A stretch of DNA of 64,000 nucleotides, taken from Gemmatimonadales bacterium. GTDB lineage: Bacteria > Gemmatimonadota > Gemmatimonadetes > Gemmatimonadales > GWC2-71-9. The position numbers and the translations under genes are program-made. The notes beneath the pieces are model-generated. The model did not search any database and had not been told where the DNA came from. It saw only the letters and a list, made by a program, of their open reading frames with translations. Position 1 is the stretch's first letter, and every line of letters starts with the position of its first letter. Shown piece by piece: positions 10,308 to 18,917 of the stretch. The DNA lies in the NCBI GenBank assembly GCA_037189525.1, contig JBBCJC010000001.1, positions 192,001 through 256,000 on the forward strand, written 5' to 3'.

Positions 10308-10946
10308 TCAGGGCAGTCCTCCCGAGGCCCGCACCGCGTCGGCATAGACTCGGGCAGCTGCTTCGATATCCGCCGCTCCGAAAATCCCCGAGACCACCGC
10401 AACGCCCACGCCGCCCGCAGCCATGACCGGCCACACATCCTCCGCCCGTACCGCACCGATCGCTACGCACGGCCTGCCCGCGGCCCGGCGTTGCAAATCG
10501 GCGAACCCCGTGGGGCCGAGCGCGGTGCCCGCGTCTGCCTTGGTGGTCGAGACCCGCCAGGGGCCAATGCCCCAGTAATCCGCTGCGAGCCCGCGCTCGA
10601 TTTCCGCTTCGACTCCGACCGAGGCTCCGATGATGAAGCCGGGCGGGATAATGGCCCGGGCGCGGATCGGTTCGATGTCGTCCGAGCCCAGGTGAACCCC
10701 ATGCGCACCTGCCGCCAGCGCCACATCGAGGCGATCATTGACCAGCACCGGGACATCGACCCGTGCCAGCAGGGCTCGGCACCGGTCGACCAATTCACGG
10801 GCCGAGGCGTGCTTGAGGCGGAGTTGGATCATGGTGGCGCCGCCGGATACCGCCGCTGCGCATGCCTCGACGAGATCGTGACCGGCCAGGACCGAATCGT
10901 CGGTCACGGCTACCAGGCGGAGGGAGGAGACGAGATCGGATCGCAT
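10308..10946 (-). CDS. thiE: Thiamine-phosphate synthase
   Basis: IQLRLK, VNDRLDVALA, GVHLG, TTK, VAIGA and GVAVVSGI motifs. Confidence 0.93.
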   Translation of the reverse strand: MRSDLVSSLRLVAVTDDSVLAGHDLVEACAAAVSGGATMIQLRLKHASARELVDRCRALLARVDVPVLVNDRLDVALAAGAHGVHLGSDDIEPIRARAIIPPGFIIGASVGVEAEIERGLAADYWGIGPWRVSTTKADAGTALGPTGFADLQRRAAGRPCVAIGAVRAEDVWPVMAAGGVGVAVVSGIFGAADIEAAARVYADAVRASGGLP

Positions 10947-11071
10947 CCGTCAAAGATACCTGGATTCATGAGCGCCCCATGCCCGGACGTACATCCAGCC
11001 GCTGCCGCGCTACCAGCGCCATTGTGACATGGCCCACAGCCGGACATCAGCCCAACCGTTATCGTACGGGG

Positions 11072-12007
11072 ATGACCCTTCGTTCGATCCCGCCTGACTC
11101 GACAGGAATGAGCCGCTACCGGGTACAGCGGATCTCGGCCGCCATGGCTGTCTCACTGATATGCGGCGTGGTCCTGACCACGCCCGGGGCGGGTCAGGCA
11201 CCTCCCCCTCCATCGCAGCCTGGCCCCGCCGTGTGCGCATTCGACACGACGGATGCCACGATGACGATCCCAATCGTGATCTCGCTCGCCACCCCGCTGC
11301 GAGTCGACACCATCCCTCGAGCTCGGCAGCAAGCGACCGACTACCTCCAGGCACTCCTGGCACACTATCAGCCCCCGAGTGAATTCGACGTTCAGGTTCG
11401 GCCTGTCGTCACCATCGACCAGCTCGGCAACTCACCCGACAGCATCGGTCTCGGGCTGAGCGGGACGTTCTATCCTCCGATCGACGCCGGTCGACGACCC
11501 GCAGTCAACCTGGCGTTTCCCGCGCTCAGCGAGGCCCTGGTGGTTGCCGCGCATCGGCTCGCCAGCCAACAACCGATGCCGATCGATGCCTGGGTCGCCC
11601 ACTCGATGCCCAACCCGATCACCCTGTCGATCATCGTCACCGCGGGCACGCCCTCGCGCGGTATTCCGATCGCCCGATCGAGCATTCGCATCTACAAGGC
11701 GGACTCACTGGTGCAGCCGAGCCGCATGCACCGTCCGCGGTATCCCCGCGCCATGCAACGGCGCGGCGAGCATGCGCGAATGGAGGTGCAATACATCGTT
11801 CGCGAGAATGGGTGGGCGGACTCGCTCTCGCTCCGGATCGTCCATGTCAGCGTCGGCACCCGTCGGGCGGCGGACCCGGTGGCAACGGAATTTGCCAAAT
11901 CGGCAGCCGAGGCAATCCTCAAGAGCGAGTTTCGCCCCGCCCGGGTACGCGGATGCCCAGTACCGATGCTGGTCATGCAGCGAGTCAGCTTCACCATCGG
12001 CAATTGA
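11072..12007 (+). CDS. Secreted protein with a TonB C-terminal-like domain (start uncertain)
   Basis: Signal-like N-terminus; C-terminal PRYPRAMQRRG...VQYIV...G...FRPARVRGCPV..LVMQRVSF. Confidence 0.65.
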   Translation: MTLRSIPPDSTGMSRYRVQRISAAMAVSLICGVVLTTPGAGQAPPPPSQPGPAVCAFDTTDATMTIPIVISLATPLRVDTIPRARQQATDYLQALLAHYQPPSEFDVQVRPVVTIDQLGNSPDSIGLGLSGTFYPPIDAGRRPAVNLAFPALSEALVVAAHRLASQQPMPIDAWVAHSMPNPITLSIIVTAGTPSRGIPIARSSIRIYKADSLVQPSRMHRPRYPRAMQRRGEHARMEVQYIVRENGWADSLSLRIVHVSVGTRRAADPVATEFAKSAAEAILKSEFRPARVRGCPVPMLVMQRVSFTIGN

Positions 12008-12277
12008 GCCGCGGCCTACCATCGCGGCATCCCACCGGACGTTATCGAAACCGAGCGGACCGCCTTTGCCCGAAGCCCGGATCGCGCCTCCCAGCGCGTC
12101 CCGATCAGCCCGACGACCCGGACTCGCCACTCCGGTATCGGGAGACCTTCCGCCAGCCCTATCGCTATATTTCCTGGTCTGCTGACGCCTGGCAACCAAG
12201 CAGACCGGCGCGCCATCGCGGCTATCGATCGGTGGAGCACCGCTCCCAGCATAATTGTGAACCCACAGGTGCGGACT

Positions 12278-12823
12278 ATGCGAGCTACGATTCTCCTGAC
12301 CCTGCTGGCCGCAGCACCGATTGCTGCGCAAAATCATCGTCATACCCCCGGAATGACACACGCAAACACCGAGGCGAAAGAAGGGGGGCAGAGCGCGTTT
12401 GCCGCTTTGGCGGAAGTGGTCCGCATCCTGGAGACCGACCCTCATACCGACTGGAGCAAGGTCAACCTCGAGGGGCTCAGACAGCACCTCCTCGACATGG
12501 ATGACGTCACGATGGGCAGTACGATCACGACCCGTACGATCCCCGCCGGCATCGAGGCGGACGTAACGGGAACCGGCCGCGCCGTGACCGCGATTCAGAG
12601 CATGCTGCGGAACCATGCGGAGTTCATGAACACCGGCTCGCCGTTTCGGGCGACGGTTACCCCCACCGCATCAGGCGCACGCATTGCCATTCGCGCCGCG
12701 AAACCAACCGACACCGCCACCGTCACGAAGCTGCGCGGCCTGGGTGTGATCGGCTGGCTGGCGTCGGATGCCCACCATGCGACGCACCACCTGGCGCTCG
12801 CCCGTGGTGAGATGACCCACTAG
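12278..12823 (+). CDS. Secreted His-rich hypothetical protein, possibly metal-binding
   Basis: Signal peptide; QSAFAALAEVV..LE.DP.TDWSKVNLEGLRQHL.DM; HHATHHL..ARG tail. Confidence 0.75.
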   Translation: MRATILLTLLAAAPIAAQNHRHTPGMTHANTEAKEGGQSAFAALAEVVRILETDPHTDWSKVNLEGLRQHLLDMDDVTMGSTITTRTIPAGIEADVTGTGRAVTAIQSMLRNHAEFMNTGSPFRATVTPTASGARIAIRAAKPTDTATVTKLRGLGVIGWLASDAHHATHHLALARGEMTH

Positions 12824-12903
12824 CTCAGATCGTCGCAGGGCGAGCCAGGAAACCGGGCCCGCCCTCCCCTCGTATGGATCAGACTGATCCCTCGCGAGGA
12901 AAC

Positions 12904-13356
12904 ATGTTGCTCCGATCCGCATCAGCTGCACTCCTCGGCATCCTCATCCTCCCCACGCTGGCCCAGAGCCAGCAGGCGGACGACCGAGCTGCCGTCCATC
13001 GTGCCGTCCTCGACTATGTCGAAGGATTCTACGAGGGCGACAGCACCAAACTGATCCGCAGTGTACGCCCCGACGTCGTCAAGCAGGGCTTCTATGCCCC
13101 GGGCAATGCGCCGGCATACGAAGAAAGCGCCATGCCTTGGAACGAGTTTCTCGACTATGTGCGCAACGTGCGCACACGCCGAGCGTTCGCACCGCCGGAC
13201 GCGCCGAAAGAGATTGCGATCTACGACGTCCTCGACAAAACGGCCAGCGCCAAACTCACCGCGGCCTGGGGCACCGACTATCTCCTGCTGGCCAAGGACG
13301 GCAATCGCTGGATGATCCGGATGGTCCTCTGGCAGAGCCCGCCTCGAAAAGGGTAA
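12904..13356 (+). CDS. Secreted NTF2-like (putative lumazine-binding family) protein
   Basis: Signal peptide; AVLDYVEGFYEGD and TASAKLTAAWGTDYLLLAK...W.I; GAGGA RBS. Confidence 0.8.
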   Translation: MLLRSASAALLGILILPTLAQSQQADDRAAVHRAVLDYVEGFYEGDSTKLIRSVRPDVVKQGFYAPGNAPAYEESAMPWNEFLDYVRNVRTRRAFAPPDAPKEIAIYDVLDKTASAKLTAAWGTDYLLLAKDGNRWMIRMVLWQSPPRKG

Positions 13357-13530
13357 CGGCAGACGCAGCATGAGCCGGCCTTCAAGATTACTTGAGGCCG
13401 GCTTCATTTTTCTTCCTGCCAGGTTGGCTATTATAGGAAAGGCCGCCGTCACGGCGGCTGTGTTCCGATCACCGGAGCGCACAGCGGGGCGATCGTCGCC
13501 CTGCCCTGTACCAACCGCAAGGAGACCTCG

Positions 13531-14670
13531 ATGCGTCGACTTTCGACTCCCGGCCGCCTGGCGACTCTGCCGACCGACTACGAACCACCCTGCATTTCGC
13601 TCTACCAGCCGACCCATCGGCATCACCCGGACAATCAACAGGATCCGATCCGGTATCGAAATCTGTTGCGCGCCCTGGAGACCTCCTTACGCGACCGATA
13701 TCCGGACCGCGATGCGCGGAAACTGGTCGCACGCTTCGAAGCCCTGGCGCATGACACCCACTTCTGGAATCACCGGACCGACGGTCTGGCGATCCTGGCA
13801 TGGCTGCCGGACCACTTCGAGATTTTCGATCTGCAGCGGCCGGTGCGCGAACGGGTCGTCGTCGCCGACAGCTTCCATACCAAGCCGATGCTGCGCATCC
13901 TGCAGTCCGCCGACCGGTATCAGATCCTGAGTCTCAACCGGCACGAGGCCAAGCTCTACGAAGGCAATCGCGACGCGCTCGATCTGATTTCGCTCGACGG
14001 GGTGCCGCATACCATCACCGAGGCTCTCGGCGACAAGCTGACCGAACCGCATACGGCCGTGCGATCGTTCGGGGGCGGCAGCCAGGGAGCGGTCCATCAC
14101 GGGCACGGCCAGCGGAAAGACGAAGTCGACCTCGACACCGAGCGTTTCTTCCGCGCCATCGACCGGGTCATTCTCGAGAACTACTCCAAGCCTTCGGGGC
14201 TACCGCTGATCCTGGCGGCGCTACCTGAGCACCACACCGTATTCCGGGCCCTGAGCCACAACTCGGCGCTGATGCCACAGGGCATTACCATCAACCCCGA
14301 TGCGCTCGACCTCCAGCAGCTGCGGGCCGCCGCCTGGGACGTGATGGGTCCCCGCTATCTCGAGCGCCTGGCCCGTCTGATCGACGTGTATCAGGGCGCC
14401 AAGACCCGGGGACTGGCTACAGACGCGGTCGAGGATATCGCCCGCGCCACCGTTGCGGGCCGAGTCGACACGATGCTGGTCGAAGCGGATCGAATCATTC
14501 CGGGCGGGATCGACCGTACCACCGGAGAGATCACGACCGAGGATGTCGCGGTCGACGACGTGCTGGACGACCTGGCGGAGGCCGTTCTGCGGGCCAAGGG
14601 GGATGTAGTCGTCGTGCCAGCCGAGCGGATGCCTACCGATACGGGAGCTGCGGCGACGTATCGTTATTGA
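13531..14670 (+). CDS. Bacterial archaeo-eukaryotic release factor family (baeRF3-like) protein
   Basis: PCISLYQPTHR, VADSFHTKP, GRVDTMLVE, DDVLDDLAEAVL..KG.V, MPT.TG.AA..RY; AAGGAG RBS. Confidence 0.85.
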   Translation: MRRLSTPGRLATLPTDYEPPCISLYQPTHRHHPDNQQDPIRYRNLLRALETSLRDRYPDRDARKLVARFEALAHDTHFWNHRTDGLAILAWLPDHFEIFDLQRPVRERVVVADSFHTKPMLRILQSADRYQILSLNRHEAKLYEGNRDALDLISLDGVPHTITEALGDKLTEPHTAVRSFGGGSQGAVHHGHGQRKDEVDLDTERFFRAIDRVILENYSKPSGLPLILAALPEHHTVFRALSHNSALMPQGITINPDALDLQQLRAAAWDVMGPRYLERLARLIDVYQGAKTRGLATDAVEDIARATVAGRVDTMLVEADRIIPGGIDRTTGEITTEDVAVDDVLDDLAEAVLRAKGDVVVVPAERMPTDTGAAATYRY

Positions 14671-14685
14671 CCGGGGTACCGGCGC

Positions 14686-15771
14686 TCAGGCGCCGAGCAG
14701 TGCCTCTACCACTCGCATACCAGCCGCGCCGTCCCAACCTTCGGGGCGGCGCGGTTGGTGCGTTTCCCCTGCCTCGGCCAGGACATCCGCCACCGCGGCG
14801 GCAATGGCCGAGCGAGTCGAGGCCACCAGACGGTTGGTCCCTTCGGTCACGGTCACCGGCCGTTCGGTATTGGGGCGCGCAGTGAGGCACGGCACACCAA
14901 GCACTGTCGTTTCTTCCTGCAAGCCGCCCGAATCGGTCAGCACCATCCGGGCACCATCCACCAGACCGATCGTCTCCAGATAGCTGAGCGGCTCGAGCAG
15001 CCGCACCCGGGAATTGGTCGGTGCCACGCCAGCCTCGTGCATCCGCTGGCGCGTGCGCGGATGGACTGCGAAACACACGGGCATGGCGCCGGCGAGGTCG
15101 TCGAGCGCGCCAACCAGCTCACGCAGCACGGCGGGATCGTCGACGTTGGAGGGCCGATGCAACGTCACGACCGCGTACCCGCGCGGCGACAGCTCCCAGC
15201 GGTCAGGCACCTTCAGGGCACGAGCCGTATCGGCCAGGCGCAACAGCGTGTCGACCATGACGTTGCCGACAAACCGGATCCGCTCGGCGGGAATCCCTTC
15301 GGCCAGAAGGTTGGCATCCGCATCGCGGCTCGGCGTCAGGGCGAGGTCGGTCAGGCGATCGGTGAGCACCCGGTTGATTTCTTCGGGCATCGACCAATCG
15401 CCGCTGCGCAGCCCCGCTTCGACGTGCGCAATCCGGACGCCCTTCTTGGCCGCTACCAGCGCGCACGCCACGGTTGAGTTGACATCGCCGTAGACGACAA
15501 CCCAGTCGGGCCGGACCCGATCGAGCACGGGCTCGAAGGCCAACATGATCCGCGCCGTCTGCTCCGCATGGGTGCCGGACCCGACACCCAGGTTTTCATC
15601 GGGAGCCGGAAGGCCGAGATCGGAAAAAAACGTGTCGCTCATCGCGGCATCGTAGTGCTGGCCAGTATGCACCAGGCTCTGTGCTACGCCGTGATGGGCC
15701 CCGGCCATCAGCACGGGGGCAACCTTCATGAAATTGGGGCGGGCGCCAACGACGTGTAGCCAGGTGGGCAC
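14686..15771 (-). CDS. wecB: UDP-N-acetylglucosamine 2-epimerase (non-hydrolysing)
   Basis: VGARPNFMK, HTGQHYD, HVEAGLRS, PEEINR, TDSGGLQEE and TERP motifs. Confidence 0.96.
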   Translation of the reverse strand: MPTWLHVVGARPNFMKVAPVLMAGAHHGVAQSLVHTGQHYDAAMSDTFFSDLGLPAPDENLGVGSGTHAEQTARIMLAFEPVLDRVRPDWVVVYGDVNSTVACALVAAKKGVRIAHVEAGLRSGDWSMPEEINRVLTDRLTDLALTPSRDADANLLAEGIPAERIRFVGNVMVDTLLRLADTARALKVPDRWELSPRGYAVVTLHRPSNVDDPAVLRELVGALDDLAGAMPVCFAVHPRTRQRMHEAGVAPTNSRVRLLEPLSYLETIGLVDGARMVLTDSGGLQEETTVLGVPCLTARPNTERPVTVTEGTNRLVASTRSAIAAAVADVLAEAGETHQPRRPEGWDGAAGMRVVEALLGA

Positions 15772-15773
15772 GA

Positions 15774-16841
15774 TTATCCGATCAGACCAAGTTCGGCGTC
15801 GATTTTAGGGAGATCGAGCACAAAAAAGAAGCGGGTGCCGGTGGAACCGGTCTCGACTTTGAGTTCGCCGTACATCGCTTCGACCAGCTTCCGGCAGATC
15901 GAAAGGCCAAGGCCCGATCCGGAGAAGGCGTAGTCGCGATCTTTCTGGCGACGGCGGAACGGCTCGAACAAAGTGGCCATGGCGGAGGCCGGAATGCCGC
16001 GTCCGCTGTCGCGCACCGAAAACTCGAGCGCACCGGACGCCGTTTCCGTCACCCGGATTTCGACGAACCCTTCGTCGGTGAACTTGAGTGCGTTGGTCGT
16101 CAGGTTGAGCAACACCCGGCTCAACGCCACCGGATGTCCCTGGCGCGAACTGGCCGCCGGCGACGTGACGCGCACCTCGAGTCCCTTCTCCTCGGCAATC
16201 GGCTGCACGATGTCGCGGACGGATTCGATGATATCCGCCACCGAGAACGGCAGCGGTTCCAGGTCGACCAGGCGGTCACCGCCGCGGGCCAGCTCGATCA
16301 CATCGCTCGCAACGGAACTCAGACCGAACGCCGCGCTGTAGATCAAGCCCAGCTGGCGTTCCTGCAGCGGTGTTATCGGACCGCTTCGTCCACGGTTGAG
16401 CGTCTCGGCGAGAAACAGGATCGAGGTCAGCGGCGAGCGGAGATCGTGGGCGACTTCGACGACGAGTTCGAGCCCATCCGGACCCGAGAGCCGATCGGTA
16501 AAGCGCTGATCCCAGGCGGGTTCGAGTTCCGTGCTCAGCCGTTCGAAGGCGGCCAGGATCCGAATCAGCTGGGCAGCGTCGGTCGGTGGCTGGGCTTCGA
16601 TCAGGCGAACGAACTCGCGGCGGACGAGACCCAGCATACGACGACTCAAGGGGCTGCCGGAAATCGACGCGGGCGTGTCGGTGGCATCCATTCGGTTTCG
16701 CACCGCGTCGGTCACCTGCCGGGCGGTCAGCGCAACCTCTTCGGGTGAGGCGGCGTCTTCGCGGATCGATTCGAAACTTGCGGAGGCGCGTTCGGTCGCG
16801 GTCGTGAGGAGCTGCAGCAGGTCGACCGCGCCGCCAGTCAT
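15774..16841 (-). CDS. Cytoplasmic histidine kinase (HisKA plus HATPase)
   Basis: AHDLRSPL H-box, NLTTNALKFT N-box, DSGRGI and GSGLGL G-boxes; no transmembrane segment; overlaps the regulator stop. Confidence 0.93.
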   Translation of the reverse strand: MTGGAVDLLQLLTTATERASASFESIREDAASPEEVALTARQVTDAVRNRMDATDTPASISGSPLSRRMLGLVRREFVRLIEAQPPTDAAQLIRILAAFERLSTELEPAWDQRFTDRLSGPDGLELVVEVAHDLRSPLTSILFLAETLNRGRSGPITPLQERQLGLIYSAAFGLSSVASDVIELARGGDRLVDLEPLPFSVADIIESVRDIVQPIAEEKGLEVRVTSPAASSRQGHPVALSRVLLNLTTNALKFTDEGFVEIRVTETASGALEFSVRDSGRGIPASAMATLFEPFRRRQKDRDYAFSGSGLGLSICRKLVEAMYGELKVETGSTGTRFFFVLDLPKIDAELGLIG

Positions 16842-18370
16842 TCGCCGTCCTCCGCCCCCTTGGCGCGCGGGACGTTGTGCTTGTCCATCAGGCGGTACAA
16901 CGTGGTGCGATCGACACTCGCCAGACGCGCGGCCTTGGACATGTTGCCGTTGGCCCGGGCAACCAGCCGGACCAGGTAGTCCCGTTCGAACTGCGCGATG
17001 ATCTTTTCCTTGGCCGGATGATAGGCTTCGTCGGCGACCGGAAGGGACAGCAACGGCGCTTCGCGAGGTGCTTCATCATGACTGTCGTACGTCGGAATAT
17101 CGTCCGGACCGAGTACCTGATCCGGCTCGGCCAGCACGGCGACATGCTCGATCACGTTCTGCAGCTCGCGCACGTTCCCGTACCACGCTCGGCTGCGCAG
17201 ATGCGCAATGCACGCCTCGGAGATCTTCGGCGTCCGATCGGGCATGGCGCGATGGCGGGCCCAGTAATGGGTCAGGAAATGATTGGCGAGCAGCGGAATG
17301 TCTTCCAGCCGCTTCCTGAGCGGCGGCAGCGTGATCGGCACCACCCGCAACCGATAATACAGGTCGCCGCGCAGGATGCCGTTCTCCACCGCGTGCTGCG
17401 GCTCGCGGTTGGTTGCCGAGATGAACCGGACGTCGACCGTGGCATCGGAGGTTTCCGACCCGACGCGGCGAACCACGCCATCCTGCACTACGCGGAGCAG
17501 CTTGGCCTGGAGCGGCAGCGGCATCTCGGTCAGTTCGTCGAGGAAGAGCGTCCCGCCGTTGGCCGTCTCGAGGAGACCAGGTTTGTCGCGATCGGCGCCG
17601 GTAAAAGCGCCCTTCCGATGGCCGAACATCTCCGATTCGAGCAGCTGCTCCGGCAGGGCGGCGCAGTTGATCGGCACCAGGGTTTTCTTGGCGCGGCGGC
17701 TGTTCTGATGAATGAACTGCGCCACCACTTCTTTGCCGGTGCCGCTCTCCCCACTGATGAAGACGGAGGCATCGGTCGGCGCGACTTTGCGGGCCAGCTC
17801 GATCGCCTTCCGGAACAGCGGCGAGATCCCAATCAGGGCAATATTGTCGCTGTGGCTGTGCTGGTGCAGCAGCTGCTGGCGGAGGTCGCTCGCTTCGCGC
17901 GCCACCATCACTGCGTGCGAGGCGCGACCGATCAGCACCTGGAGGTGCGTCGCCGAAAACGGCTTGGGCAGGTAGTCCCAGGCACCGGCGCGCAGCGCTT
18001 CGATGCTCGTCGTCACGCTCGGATTGCCGGTCATCACGACCACGATCGTGTCGCGATGGGCGTTGAGCGCCGCCTGCAGAATCGCGAGACCGGACACCTG
18101 TGACATATACAGGTCGACGAGCACGATGTCGAAGCGGCGGTTCTTGAGCAGATCGAGCGCCTCTTCCCCGCGGCCTGCCAGGGTTACGGAATACCCGTCC
18201 ATTTGGAGAACGCTGGCGCAGCTCTCCCGAAGCGTCCGCTCGTCATCGACCAGGAGAATCCGAATCCCCGCCTTGACGTCGGACGGGATCGACAAGGGAT
18301 CCCGCGCGCCCGAAGACTCGACGGAAACAGGCTCAGAACTGGCCTTTTCGAGATGTGGGGGTACTCCCAT
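16838..18370 (-). CDS. Sigma54-dependent response regulator (NtrC family: REC-AAA+-HTH); start 18370 or 18394
   Basis: REC (LVDDE, VLVD), GESGTGKE, GAFTGA, LFLDE, GNVREL and a Fis-type HTH (NMSKAARLASVDRTTLYR). Confidence 0.96.
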   Translation of the reverse strand: MGVPPHLEKASSEPVSVESSGARDPLSIPSDVKAGIRILLVDDERTLRESCASVLQMDGYSVTLAGRGEEALDLLKNRRFDIVLVDLYMSQVSGLAILQAALNAHRDTIVVVMTGNPSVTTSIEALRAGAWDYLPKPFSATHLQVLIGRASHAVMVAREASDLRQQLLHQHSHSDNIALIGISPLFRKAIELARKVAPTDASVFISGESGTGKEVVAQFIHQNSRRAKKTLVPINCAALPEQLLESEMFGHRKGAFTGADRDKPGLLETANGGTLFLDELTEMPLPLQAKLLRVVQDGVVRRVGSETSDATVDVRFISATNREPQHAVENGILRGDLYYRLRVVPITLPPLRKRLEDIPLLANHFLTHYWARHRAMPDRTPKISEACIAHLRSRAWYGNVRELQNVIEHVAVLAEPDQVLGPDDIPTYDSHDEAPREAPLLSLPVADEAYHPAKEKIIAQFERDYLVRLVARANGNMSKAARLASVDRTTLYRLMDKHNVPRAKGAEDGE

Positions 18371-18428
18371 CGAGCTGTCACCCCGTATATCCATAAAGTA
18401 ATTGCGCTGCCCGGTTGCATCACTCAGA

Positions 18429-18444
18429 GGCGAGAACTGTGCCG
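18429..18444 (-). promoter_or_regulatory. Putative sigma54 promoter for the regulator-kinase-wecB unit
   Basis: Minus strand CGGCACAGTTCTCGCC = GG-N10-GC. Confidence 0.55.
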
Positions 18445-18479
18445 TGAGAACCGCAGCGCCGATTGCACCGTTCAGGCAG

Positions 18480-18554
18480 AGTTGACGAGGCGCAACAACA
18501 CCGAAGCCCACAATCGATGCAGCATAGCAACGATAATGTTGCACACGAGCATCG
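18480..18554. promoter_or_regulatory. Three palindromic enhancer-like sites (YGWTGC-N6-GCAWCR)
   Basis: AGTTGA-N6-GCAACA (18480), CGATGC-N6-GCAACG (18515), TGTTGC-N6-GCATCG (18537). Confidence 0.65.
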
Positions 18555-18820
18555 ACAATCCATAGATTGATGAATGCCTGAAACAGCTCCACAGGCTCCT
18601 GGCATCACGTTTTGGCTGCGGGAACCGTCGTCTCTTGCGAAAAGCGATGCTTGGACCCCACAGAATCAGCCCATTGGATCGTTGTAAGTCATTTTGGATT
18701 AATTATAGACCGGTTAGACTGGTCGATTTTCGTACTTCAAAGTGCCACAGGCCGCTCCGACCGCCCTCGGGAGGGCGGCGGGCTGAACCGGATACCTCAA
18801 AAGCGGATTGCGGCAAAACC

Positions 18821-18836
18821 CGGTATTGAGCTTGCA
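18821..18836 (+). promoter_or_regulatory. Putative sigma54 promoter for wzc
   Basis: CGGTATTGAGCTTGCA = GG-N10-GC with TTGCA. Confidence 0.7.
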
Positions 18837-18917
18837 ATGGAAGCCTGACTTGATCCCACCCGGCTTCGCACAACAGCGGACGGAGCGGGGGACGGCGGAC
18901 AACGAGGATAACTGGTG

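Noticed and set aside
18761..18778. Short palindrome CCGCCCTC-GG-GAGGGCGG upstream of the wzc promoter
   Set aside because: Single GC-rich occurrence with no U-tract and no second copy; could arise by chance.
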